From Candidatus Paracaedimonas acanthamoebae (GTDB taxonomy: Bacteria > Pseudomonadota > Alphaproteobacteria > Caedimonadales > Caedimonadaceae): 32,000 bases of DNA. The notes below the pieces were generated by a model. It had not been told where the DNA came from and made no database searches. It saw nothing but the letters and a program-made list of their open reading frames with translations. The position numbers and the translations under genes were made by a program. Where the stretch lies: NCBI GenBank assembly GCA_000743035.1, contig CP008936.1:60001-92000 (forward strand), given 5' to 3'. Position 1 is the stretch's first letter. The number at the start of each line of letters is the position of its first letter. Below are positions 1-8,475 of the stretch, piece by piece.

Positions 1-54
1 ATGATTAATTATGATTATACTGTTACTACGTTGGCTGCAGGTCAAATGTCATAA
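1..54 (+). CDS. 3' end of an unidentified CDS entering from upstream of the window (...MINYDYTVTTLAAGQMS*)
   Basis: Frame 1 is open from base 1 to TAA at 52-54. A strong intrinsic terminator follows at 87-117. Too short to identify. Confidence 0.3.
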   Translation: MINYDYTVTTLAAGQMS

Positions 55-86
55 TTAAGTAGAAGTTCACATAAAATTACTTTAAG

Positions 87-117
87 AGGAGCAAATTAAT
101 TTTGCTCCTTTTTGTTT
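87..117 (+). terminator. Rho-independent terminator
   Basis: Perfect 9-bp stem AGGAGCAAA (87-95) / TTTGCTCCT (101-109) with loop TTAAT, running into TTTTTGTTT. Confidence 0.8.
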
Positions 118-188
118 AAAGAGCGTATTGTAAATTCTCCTCTAAATCGCGTACTCTTAAGGTGTTAATGGAGTGAAAGGTTAATTGT

Positions 189-1076
189 GTGGCGCGACGT
201 GATTTGAAGTCTGTAAAGTATGCAAGTTATGCATCGGTTGCTGTTGCTTGTATCCTGATTATTGTAAAATTTTTCGCTTGGCAAGTAACAGGAGCTCTTA
301 GCCTGCAGGCGTCGCTTATTGATTCATTGTTGGATGGGTTGGCCTCGCTTTTGAATATGTTTGCGATCCGTCAAGCACATCGTCCGCCTGATGCTGAGCA
401 TCGTTTTGGTCATGGTAAAATTGAAGCAATTGGGGCGTTAGCCCAATCCATTTTCATTTTTGGTTCTGCAAGCTGGTTGCTTTATGAAGCGGGCAACCGT
501 TTTATTCACCCAGAGTCTTTAGAAAAAGCCGAAGTCGGTTTATGGATTATGGTTTTTTCAATCGTCCTAACACTTGCACTTGTTTTGTATCAAAAGCATG
601 TCTTTAAGCGCACAAATTCCATCGCAATTCATGCGGACTCTATTCACTATCAAAGTGATTTATTCATTAATATGAGTGTTATTATCGCCCTTTTGGGCAG
701 TACTTTTCAGGGAATGACGCTGCTTGACCCTTTAATAGGCACAGGAATTGCGGCATACATTTTGTACACGGCATGGAAAGTGGCTGCTCAATCTTTTGAT
801 ATTCTCATTGATCGTGAATTCTCTCAAGAAGAGCGCCAGAAAATCATTCAGCTTGTCTTAAGCCATCCGCAAGTCTTAGGCTACCATGATTTAAGGACGC
901 GTTCTTCTGGGACCCAAAAGTTTATTCAAATTCATCTCGAAATGGACGGAAGTTTAACTTTAAAAGCGGCTCATAAAGTTTCTCTAGAAGTGATCTTAAA
1001 AGTGCAACAGGCTTTTCCTCATACAGAGGTTTTAATTCATGAAGACCCAAGTGGAGAAGTGGATGAACATCCTTAG
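189..1076 (+). CDS. fieF: Cation diffusion facilitator family metal efflux transporter (FieF/YiiP-like)
   Basis: 295 aa with a GTG start. Aligns from memory along E. coli FieF: LIDSLLDGLASLLN, HRFGHGKIEAIGALAQS, HADSIHYQSDL, and the C-terminal HDLRTRSSGTQKFIQIHLEM...LIHEDP. Confidence 0.85.
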   Translation: MARRDLKSVKYASYASVAVACILIIVKFFAWQVTGALSLQASLIDSLLDGLASLLNMFAIRQAHRPPDAEHRFGHGKIEAIGALAQSIFIFGSASWLLYEAGNRFIHPESLEKAEVGLWIMVFSIVLTLALVLYQKHVFKRTNSIAIHADSIHYQSDLFINMSVIIALLGSTFQGMTLLDPLIGTGIAAYILYTAWKVAAQSFDILIDREFSQEERQKIIQLVLSHPQVLGYHDLRTRSSGTQKFIQIHLEMDGSLTLKAAHKVSLEVILKVQQAFPHTEVLIHEDPSGEVDEHP

Positions 1077-1089
1077 TAAAAATTGGGTT

Positions 1090-1123
1090 AAAAAAGTGGG
1101 CGCCATTTAAAAATACTGGCGCC
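1090..1123 (-). terminator. Rho-independent terminator for the minus-strand gene 1159-1890 (hairpin shared with the fieF 3' end)
   Basis: GGCGCCA (1099-1105) / TGGCGCC (1117-1123) forms a 7-bp GC stem. On the minus strand it is followed by a T6 run (A-run 1090-1095 on +). There is no U-run on the + side. Confidence 0.7.
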
Positions 1124-1158
1124 TATAAAAGAGGATACTGATTTTTTTTATGTTTTTT

Positions 1159-1890
1159 TTAATGGCCATTTACATTATAGATACGTAAAGTACCATTTGC
1201 GCATAATAAACTGGCTGTTCTGTAAAATTTTCCGTTTGTTAGCATCTTGTATAACCATTTAATATTTTCTTGGAATTCTTCAGTACATTTCGTGCATGCC
1301 TGTATTACTAAAGCGTTGTGATCATTGAAACACACCTGGGCCTTAGCTCTTTTCTGAACTTTTTTGAGGTTTCCATCAAGCCATTGAAAGGAAAGTTGCT
1401 GGCAGAGAGTGACAGTATCCTTTAACTTTAAACTACATTTACCATTATACTTTGCTTCGTGAAAGATGGGAGCATAACGTCGATTTATCCATCCATCTGT
1501 TCTAAGCACAACAAAAATATCGTCTATACCTTGATCTGCATTGCTACGAAGTTCTTCTTGGATCGTACATCCTTGATTCTTAAACATCGTTGTTATGCTG
1601 ACATACCCAGATAGAGAGTTAACCTTTCTTTTTTCAATCACCTTTCTTGCTAAGAGTTCTCCTACCTTTCCTTTAGCTTGTTCAAGTGTCAAATCCTCAT
1701 CTTCTTGTTGTTTCTGAATGAGAGATTGAACAGTAGAAGCTTTAAAGTTAGTTTGATAAAGAGGTTGTTTTTTATCAACTTCAATTATTTCACATCTTCC
1801 ATCGGTTGCTTGGACATAACTAAAACTAGAAATGAGAAGAGTTAAGGCAACAATAAAACTTATTCTCATTTTACTAAACTTAAACAGCAT
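1159..1890 (-). CDS. Hypothetical secreted cysteine-rich protein
   Basis: 243 aa. Sec-type signal peptide MLFKFSKMRISFIVALTLLISSFSYVQA|TD. The mature part has 8 Cys. GIDD(121-124)...HEAKY(144-148) resembles a PD-(D/E)xK core. Its own terminator lies downstream. No family recognised. Confidence 0.6.
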   Translation of the reverse strand: MLFKFSKMRISFIVALTLLISSFSYVQATDGRCEIIEVDKKQPLYQTNFKASTVQSLIQKQQEDEDLTLEQAKGKVGELLARKVIEKRKVNSLSGYVSITTMFKNQGCTIQEELRSNADQGIDDIFVVLRTDGWINRRYAPIFHEAKYNGKCSLKLKDTVTLCQQLSFQWLDGNLKKVQKRAKAQVCFNDHNALVIQACTKCTEEFQENIKWLYKMLTNGKFYRTASLLCANGTLRIYNVNGH

Positions 1891-2070
1891 ACTTGATCTC
1901 CTAACAAAAAGTTAAAGCCTTGCATATGCAATAGCTTTTTAAGCTTATGGTTAAGAATATGTTCGAGATATGAGAAAAATATACTTAAGTAACAAACATG
2001 AGTGATATTTACTTATATTATACAGGTAGAAACAAAAGAGACTTAACTACTATATTAACTTGTTTCCGCA

Positions 2071-4827
2071 TTAACTTGTTTCCGCCCAATTTCGTCCTAC
2101 GCCGGTATCAACGGTTAAAGGAATATCAAGATAAACCACTTGCTCCATCGTTTTTTTCCCGATTTGGAGCGTCGCTTCAACTTCAGCCTCTGGCACCTCA
2201 AGAATAAGCTCATCATGAACTTGAAGAAGCATCTCGCTCTTTAATTGAGCTTTTGCAAGTTTTACAGGAAGCTGAATCATGGCTTGCTTAATAATATCCG
2301 CAGCTGTGCCTTGAAGTGGTGCATTAATTGCTTGCCGCTCAGCAAAGCTTTTTAAGGCTGGATTTTTATCATGAATTCCCATGATAAAACATTTACGTCC
2401 AAATAAGGTCTCAACATATCCTTGAGTCCGAGCCTTTTCTTTTTGGTCTGCCATAAATGCCAAGATTCCAGGGTAGCGAGCATTATAAATTTCAATGTAA
2501 TGGGCAGCTTCTTTGGGCGAGATTTTTAATTGTCGACCTAAACCAAAGGCGCTGATTCCATAAATGATTCCAAAATTGATCGCTTTTGCGCGACGTCGAT
2601 GTTCAGGATCAACATTTTCAAGAGGAAGGCCAAAAACTTCTGACGCCGTTAGAGCATGAATATCATAACCTTTTCGAAAAGCAGTTTTCAAAGATTCAAT
2701 ATTTGCCATTTGTGCGAGAAGTCTTAATTCAATTTGAGAATAATCAAGAGAAATAAGCAAATGTCCTGGTTTTGCCACAAAAGCTTCGCGAATCTTACGG
2801 CCTTCTTCAGTTCGAATGGGAATGTTTTGAAGATTAGGGTTGCTTGAAGAAAGGCGCCCTGTTGAGGTCATCGTCATTCCAAATGTTGTGTGAACGCGTC
2901 CTGTCCGAGGATTAATCTCTTCAACCAAAGCATCCGTGTAGGTACTTTTAAGTTTTGCCAATTGACGCCAATCAAGGATCTTTTGAGGCAAAATATGGCC
3001 TTGATCTGCTAGCTCCTCAAGGACATCTGCTCCTGTTCCATAGGAACCACTCTTGCCTTTCTTCCCGGTGCCTAGCTTTAGCTCTTCAAAAAGGACTTCT
3101 CCCAATTGTTTAGGAGAAGCAAGATTAAAAGGATGACCTACTTCTTGGTAAATTTCTTGTTCCAAAGCATAAAGGCGTACTTGAAAGTTCTGACTTAGAT
3201 CTTTTAATTTTTGAAGATTGACTGTAATCCCAACTTTCTCCATTTCAGATAAAATAGGAATTAAAGGACGATCAATTGTCTCATAAATGCTTGCAGCTTG
3301 TTCTTTAGGAAGCCGAGGTTTTAATAATTGATAAAGTTGAAAAGTCATGTCCGCATCTTCAGCTGCATAAGCACAAGCCTTATCTAGCGGCACGAAATCA
3401 AATGTAACTTCTTCTTTGCCTGATCCCACAACATCTTTGTATTTTATAGTCTGATAATCAAAATGAAGTTGCGAGAGTTCATCAAGTCCATGTCCATGAT
3501 GCGTTCCATCTAAGATGTAAGAAAGAACCATGGTATCGTCATAGGGAGCAAGGGTAATCTTTTCTTGCGAGAGGATAAGGGCATCATATTTAATATTATG
3601 TCCAATTTTAAGGACAGATGGGTCTTCTAATAACTCTTTCAAGGCGTTAAGAGCTGTGTCAAAAGGAATTTGTTGGGGTTGCGTTTGGGGGCTTGTAAAT
3701 AAGTCTTCTGGCGTTTTTATTTTATGGTGTAAGGGAATATAGCAAGCTTTTCCTGGCGCAAGAGCCAAAGAGATCCCCACAAGCTGTGCCTGGAGAGCCT
3801 TCAGAGAGGTTGTTTCCGTATCGATAGCCACAAAACCTTGAAATTTAGCATCGTAGATCCATTTTTGTAGATCTTCTATTTTTGTTATTAATTGATAGTT
3901 GGCCCTGATAGAAGTGGATTTTGGGGTAGAATCAGGGATAGCTGCTTTCATTTGAATAGTTCCTTGGCGCTCAAGACGCGATAAAATCGAGTGAAAATTC
4001 TGTGTTTCAAGAAAATGCCGTAATTTTGTATGTTCTGGCGTTCTCAATTCTAAATTTTCGAGGAGTATGGGAAGAGGAGCTTCTTTTGAAAGAGTTACAA
4101 GCTGATACGACAGAAGAGCTTCTTTCGTATTTTGTTGAAGAGTTTCACGGCGTTTTGCTTGAGGAATTTCATGAAGGCGGCTCAGTAATTCATGAAGAGA
4201 CCCAAACTCTTGAATAAGTTGCATCGCTGTTTTAAGGCCTATGCCGGGCACGCCGGGGATGTTATCTGAACTATCTCCCGCTAAAGCTTGTACATCAATC
4301 ACCTGCTCAGGCTTAACACCAAATTTAATCTCGACTTCGGTCTCTCCAATAAATTTATTTTTCATGGGATCAAACATGCGGACACTTGGTCCAATAAGTT
4401 GCATAAGATCTTTATCTGAAGAGACAATTGTTACATCAGCGCCTTGTTGAATGACGGCTTGAGTATAGCTTGCAATAAGGTCATCCGCTTCATAACCAAT
4501 TAGTTCAATTGAAGGCACATTGAAAGCTTCGCAAGCCTCTCGGATAAGAGGAAATTGCGGGATAAGCTCAGGCGGGGGTGGAGGACGGTTTGCTTTATAG
4601 TCCGGATAGATATCGTGGCGGAAATTTCGCCGCGCTGAATCAAAGATAACCGCTAAATGATCTACATCCGTTTCAGTTAAGAGCTTCATAAGCATATTTG
4701 TAAAGCCAAGGACTGCATTGACAGGTGTTCCATCAGGGCGCGTCAATATAGGTAATGCATGAAAGGCTCTAAAGATAAAGCCTGAACCATCAATTAGATA
4801 CACATGCTTTAAAGGAGCTGGTGCCAT
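2071..4827 (-). CDS. polA: DNA polymerase I
   Basis: 918 aa with three recognisable parts: a 5'-3' exonuclease N-terminus (LIDGSGFIFRAFHA), a 3'-5' exo domain (VAIDTETTSL), and a Pol A family polymerase domain (DYSQIELRLLA, RRRAKAINFGIIYG, QVHDELILE). Confidence 0.97.
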   Translation of the reverse strand: MAPAPLKHVYLIDGSGFIFRAFHALPILTRPDGTPVNAVLGFTNMLMKLLTETDVDHLAVIFDSARRNFRHDIYPDYKANRPPPPPELIPQFPLIREACEAFNVPSIELIGYEADDLIASYTQAVIQQGADVTIVSSDKDLMQLIGPSVRMFDPMKNKFIGETEVEIKFGVKPEQVIDVQALAGDSSDNIPGVPGIGLKTAMQLIQEFGSLHELLSRLHEIPQAKRRETLQQNTKEALLSYQLVTLSKEAPLPILLENLELRTPEHTKLRHFLETQNFHSILSRLERQGTIQMKAAIPDSTPKSTSIRANYQLITKIEDLQKWIYDAKFQGFVAIDTETTSLKALQAQLVGISLALAPGKACYIPLHHKIKTPEDLFTSPQTQPQQIPFDTALNALKELLEDPSVLKIGHNIKYDALILSQEKITLAPYDDTMVLSYILDGTHHGHGLDELSQLHFDYQTIKYKDVVGSGKEEVTFDFVPLDKACAYAAEDADMTFQLYQLLKPRLPKEQAASIYETIDRPLIPILSEMEKVGITVNLQKLKDLSQNFQVRLYALEQEIYQEVGHPFNLASPKQLGEVLFEELKLGTGKKGKSGSYGTGADVLEELADQGHILPQKILDWRQLAKLKSTYTDALVEEINPRTGRVHTTFGMTMTSTGRLSSSNPNLQNIPIRTEEGRKIREAFVAKPGHLLISLDYSQIELRLLAQMANIESLKTAFRKGYDIHALTASEVFGLPLENVDPEHRRRAKAINFGIIYGISAFGLGRQLKISPKEAAHYIEIYNARYPGILAFMADQKEKARTQGYVETLFGRKCFIMGIHDKNPALKSFAERQAINAPLQGTAADIIKQAMIQLPVKLAKAQLKSEMLLQVHDELILEVPEAEVEATLQIGKKTMEQVVYLDIPLTVDTGVGRNWAETS

Positions 4828-4927
4828 TGATATTCCTCTTCATTTTTTGTGGAAGAAAATTATCATGATTTTAATGAAGGTGCATGAAGAAAATACTGTG
4901 ATTCAAGAAAATAGCGTGAAGCAAGGA

Positions 4928-4956
4928 TTGACAATTAAGCTTAAAAAACGTATAGA
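4928..4956 (+). promoter_or_regulatory. Candidate sigma70 promoter of rpmH-rnpA
   Basis: TTGACA (4928-4933), 17-nt spacer, TATAGA (4951-4956). About 35 nt upstream of the rpmH ATG. AAGGAG RBS at 4979-4984. Confidence 0.45.
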
Positions 4957-4991
4957 CTGCTTTCAACAAATAGATCCTAAGGAGATTTCAA

Positions 4992-5126
4992 ATGAAGCGG
5001 ACCTATCAGCCAAGTGTTTTGGTAAGGAAGCGTCGTCATGGATATCGTGCTCGTATGGCAACTCTTGGTGGCCGTAAAGTTTTAGCAAATCGGCGAGCTA
5101 AAGGGCGGGCAAGACTCTCTGCATAG
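4992..5126 (+). CDS. rpmH: 50S ribosomal protein L34
   Basis: Not in the supplied ORF track because it is only 44 aa. My own translation is [44 protein letters not shown], the canonical L34 sequence. AAGGAG lies 7 nt upstream and rnpA follows 5 nt later. Confidence 0.95.
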   Translation: MKRTYQPSVLVRKRRHGYRARMATLGGRKVLANRRAKGRARLSA

Positions 5127-5131
5127 AGACT

Positions 5132-5476
5132 GTGGCCTCTTTTATTTCTCTGAAAAAGAGACAAGAATTTAAGAAAATTTCTAACCTTGGAAAACGCTGG
5201 GTTACCTCAGCGTTTATTTTGCAATACCTTCCTCAAAGTGAAGAGTTAGTTCTTCATCATGCTCGTTTTGGTTTTACTGCAAGTCGGAAAATTGGTGGTG
5301 CTGTGCAACGTAATCGAGCGCGCCGCCGTTTAAAGGAGGTTGTGCGCCTTAATATAGTTCATGTTCAACCCAATTGTGATTATGTTTTGATTGCGCGAGA
5401 TAAAGCTCTTACCCTTAATTTTCAAAAGCTTGAAAAGGATTTTCGTTGGGCTTTAGCACATATTCATGCCCTTTAG
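5132..5476 (+). CDS. rnpA: Ribonuclease P protein component
   Basis: 114 aa with a GTG start. Position is immediately after rpmH. Carries the RNR-type motif FGFTASRKIGGAVQRNRARRRLKE. Confidence 0.9.
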   Translation: MASFISLKKRQEFKKISNLGKRWVTSAFILQYLPQSEELVLHHARFGFTASRKIGGAVQRNRARRRLKEVVRLNIVHVQPNCDYVLIARDKALTLNFQKLEKDFRWALAHIHAL

Positions 5477-5551
5477 AAAAAATTTATTGTATTAAAAAAT
5501 AACTCTATTTTAGAAAAGAAATAGGCGAGGGTATTAATACATGGAGATTTT

Positions 5552-7273
5552 ATGCAAAGAATCACTTTGCGCGAAACAAGTCAAACTCCTCAAAACAAAA
5601 CTTTTTGCATGACAGACGAACTTTTTGATCTTCAAGCATATCTTTTAAAAAGCGGTCTCATTTCAATTGATCAAATAAAAATCGCAGAAATTGAACAACA
5701 CAAGCAAGGAAAACGCTTAGAAGAAATTCTCGTTAATTTAGGTTTCTTAAGCGATCAAGTTCTCAGAGAAATTATTGCTGATTCAAAAGGTATTTCTATT
5801 TTTAACCTTCAAGAATCTATCATGGATGCTCATCTTCTCATCAATTTTCCTAAAAATATTGCTGAGCGTTATCAGGTATTACCTTTGTTTTGTGAAGAGA
5901 AAACGTTACATGCAGCTTTAGTTGACGTCGATGATTTGATGGCGCTTGATCAGCTTCGGCGATTTTTTCCTCATATTATAAATATTATTCCTTATGTTGC
6001 TACTTCCACTGACCTAGGCCAAGCGATTGATAAAGCATATGGTCATGCTCTATCAATTGAAGGTCTTTTGTGCGAGCTTGAGACAAAAGAAAGCAAAGAT
6101 AAACAGCATACTGAAGGGGCTGCAATTAGCTTTATCAATACGTTATTAATTGACGCTGTGAAAAGAAGAGCTTCAGATATCCATTTTGAACCCGAAGGGA
6201 CGTTTGTTCGTTGCAGATATCGTTTAGATGGTGTCCTTCGACAGATATGTACTTTTCATCGGCAGTATTGGCCAATGCTTCTTGTGCGCTTAAAAATCAT
6301 GTCTGAAATGGATATTACAGAAAGCCGACTACCGCAACATGGTCGATTTAGTTTCATCGTTGCTAACCGTGAGGTCGACTTTAGAGCGGCTTCCCATCCA
6401 ACAGTTCATGGTGAAAATTTTGTTGTTCGTATCTTAGACAAGCGTCATTCGTTGTTACCGTTGGAAGAGTTAGGATTTGCAGAAACAGCCATTAGCTCTA
6501 TCAAGCAACTGATTAAAGCGCCACAAGGCCTTGTTGTTGTGACAGGGCCAACAGGTTCGGGAAAAATAACAACTCTTTACTCAATGTTACGCTATATTGC
6601 TTCAACAGACGTCAACATTATGACGCTTGAAGAGCCTGTAGAATATGAACTTTCTTTGATTCGTCAAACTGAGGTTCGTGAGCCTGGAGGTGTCTCATTT
6701 ATAGAGGGCATCCGTTCAATTTTGCGCCAAGATCCAGACATTATTTTTATTGGAGAAGTGAGGGATGAAGAGACAGCCAACATGGCTTTAAGAGCAGCCA
6801 TGACAGGGCATCTTGTCTTAACCACGCTTCATACGAATAATGCTTTTGATATAATTTCTCGTTTTAAAGATTTAGGACTTTCTACACAAATGTTGGCAGG
6901 CCATCTTCGAGGGGTAATTGCACAAAGACTTTTAAGAAAACTCTGCTCTTTCTGTAAATTTGAGAGAGCCATCAATAAAGAAGAAGGGCTTATTTTTCAG
7001 AAATATAAGCAGGAAGGTTATATTCTATATGAGGCAGAGGGATGTCATCATTGTGAATATACTGGTTATAAAGGACGTGTTGCTGTTGCTGAGTGGCTAT
7101 TATTTGATGAGAAAATGGATGATTTTTTAAGTGATGCCAAAATTTCTGAACTTCGTGGTTATGCTCAAACTCGAGGATTTCAAACGATGATACATGCAGC
7201 TCTTATCACGGCTCGGGAAGGAATGGTGAATATGGCTGAAATTGAAAGAGTTATTGGGGTGAGAAAAATTTAA
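5552..7273 (+). CDS. GspE/PilB-family secretion or pilus-assembly ATPase
   Basis: 573 aa. N-terminal T2SSE_N/MshEN-like helical domain. P-loop GPTGSGKITT (variant, see findings). Asp box MTLEEPVEYE, Walker B DPDIIFIGEVRDEETA, His box TGHLVLTTLHTNNA. Tetracysteine CSFC...CHHC, which is typical of assembly ATPases rather than PilT. Confidence 0.9.
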   Translation: MQRITLRETSQTPQNKTFCMTDELFDLQAYLLKSGLISIDQIKIAEIEQHKQGKRLEEILVNLGFLSDQVLREIIADSKGISIFNLQESIMDAHLLINFPKNIAERYQVLPLFCEEKTLHAALVDVDDLMALDQLRRFFPHIINIIPYVATSTDLGQAIDKAYGHALSIEGLLCELETKESKDKQHTEGAAISFINTLLIDAVKRRASDIHFEPEGTFVRCRYRLDGVLRQICTFHRQYWPMLLVRLKIMSEMDITESRLPQHGRFSFIVANREVDFRAASHPTVHGENFVVRILDKRHSLLPLEELGFAETAISSIKQLIKAPQGLVVVTGPTGSGKITTLYSMLRYIASTDVNIMTLEEPVEYELSLIRQTEVREPGGVSFIEGIRSILRQDPDIIFIGEVRDEETANMALRAAMTGHLVLTTLHTNNAFDIISRFKDLGLSTQMLAGHLRGVIAQRLLRKLCSFCKFERAINKEEGLIFQKYKQEGYILYEAEGCHHCEYTGYKGRVAVAEWLLFDEKMDDFLSDAKISELRGYAQTRGFQTMIHAALITAREGMVNMAEIERVIGVRKI

Positions 7274-7275
7274 AC

Positions 7276-8475
7276 ATGCTTCACTTTAAATATTGTGCTC
7301 TCACCAACCAAGGTCGAAAAAAACGGGGAATTATAGCCGCCTCTTCCTTAAAAGAGGTGCAACATCGTCTTGCTGAACGCGGAGAATACTTGTTACGTTG
7401 TCGTGAACAAACTATTCATTGGCGTTTCTTTCGCTCACGCAATGACAATCATCTTGAAGAAATTTGCATTCATTTTAAGGAAATGAGTCAAGCTGGGATT
7501 CCTCTTTTAGATGTCCTCGATTCGGTCAAGCAATCATCTCCTTCGCTGCAGTTTAAGAGTATTTTTGAGGATATTTACTACTTGGTTGAAAATGGTGCTT
7601 CTCTTTCAGAAGCCATGAACTATTTCCCTCAAGTTTTTAATCAAACCTTTTTAGGGACTATTAAGGCAGCTGAAACAACTGGAGAATTAGTAGCGGCATT
7701 TGAGCAGTTAGCAATCCTTTTAAATGAGCAACGAAAATTTAAAATGAAAGTGATTCAATCCCTTCGTTACCCTATCATATTGTTAGGAATGATTCTATTA
7801 TTGGCAAGCATTCTTTCAATTCTTGTCGTTCCTCAAATTCAAACTTTGATTGGTAATTTTGGTCATGAAATTCCTCTGTCAACGCATATTCTTATTTTTT
7901 TGTCGGACAAGTTTTTCTTTATTATAGAGAGCATTGGTGTGTTGTTAGGTATAGTTGGCGGGATGTTATTTATCTTAAGCCAATTATCTCAAGAAATAAA
8001 ATGCTATTGTCATCAGGTCGTGCTGAAAACGCCCTTCATCGGAGAGCTTTTTAAAGACATTTTGATTCTTCGGTTTTTCCAGATTTTTGAGATTCTTTAT
8101 CGAAATAATATCAATCTTTTTGAGGCTTTTGAGACGGGACAGCTTTCTTTAAATAATTTTTTTGTGAGAAGAAAATTATCTGAAGTAATTGAAAAGATAA
8201 AAAAAGGCCACAATCTACATGAAGCTTTTAAAGAAGTAAATTTTTTTGCTCCTTATCTTTCAAGGATGTTAAAGGTTGGTACGCAAACTGGTGAACTAGC
8301 TCCTTGTTTGCATTGTATTACACAGCATTATCGTTATAACGTTGAGCAAAAAATAGGGAAACTTCTTGCTTATCTCGAGCCAACAGGTCTTTTAATGATC
8401 GGTGGGATGATGTTCTGGATCGTATGTGCCGTTTTTATTCCTTTATACCAACAGTTAACGGTACTGGAATTGTAA
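7276..8475 (+). CDS. GspF/PilC-family inner-membrane platform protein
   Basis: 399 aa. Two T2SSF-type repeats, each a cytoplasmic helical domain followed by TM segments. Starts 2 nt after the ATPase stop. Confidence 0.88.
   Translation: MLHFKYCALTNQGRKKRGIIAASSLKEVQHRLAERGEYLLRCREQTIHWRFFRSRNDNHLEEICIHFKEMSQAGIPLLDVLDSVKQSSPSLQFKSIFEDIYYLVENGASLSEAMNYFPQVFNQTFLGTIKAAETTGELVAAFEQLAILLNEQRKFKMKVIQSLRYPIILLGMILLLASILSILVVPQIQTLIGNFGHEIPLSTHILIFLSDKFFFIIESIGVLLGIVGGMLFILSQLSQEIKCYCHQVVLKTPFIGELFKDILILRFFQIFEILYRNNINLFEAFETGQLSLNNFFVRRKLSEVIEKIKKGHNLHEAFKEVNFFAPYLSRMLKVGTQTGELAPCLHCITQHYRYNVEQKIGKLLAYLEPTGLLMIGGMMFWIVCAVFIPLYQQLTVLEL

Noticed and set aside
4002-4450. ORFs 4002-4217 and 4241-4450 (+) inside polA, and likewise 1998-2207, 10209-10415, 10601-10837, 11024-11206, 12428-12692, 13635-13826, 14313-14516, 14950-15165, 16230-16436, 17494-17700, 18501-18713, 18969-19355, 19842-20432, 21193-21609, 22184-23030, 24003-24314, 25410-25604 and 27216-27443
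   Set aside because: All are shadow ORFs nested in, or antisense to, confidently identified genes. They are short and have no recognisable motifs.
4848-4912. TGTGGAAGA (DnaA-box-like, 7 of 9 to TGTGGATAA) plus three direct copies of (G/C)AAGAAAAT at 4852, 4886 and 4904
   Set aside because: There is only one imperfect box and no cluster or AT-rich unwinding element pattern that I can defend. An A-rich motif recurring three times in an AT-rich spacer is weak evidence, and polA-rpmH is not a known origin context.
4847-5077. 76-aa ORF in the polA-rpmH spacer
   Set aside because: It overlaps the unmistakable L34 gene (4992-5126) out of frame, has no RBS, and has no recognisable sequence. The real gene here is rpmH, which is too short for the ORF track.
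8424-8474. Upstream start (8424) for the third gene of the secretion cluster
   Set aside because: It would overlap the platform gene by 52 nt. The in-frame ATG at 8475 forms a TAATG stop-start junction typical of coupled operon genes.
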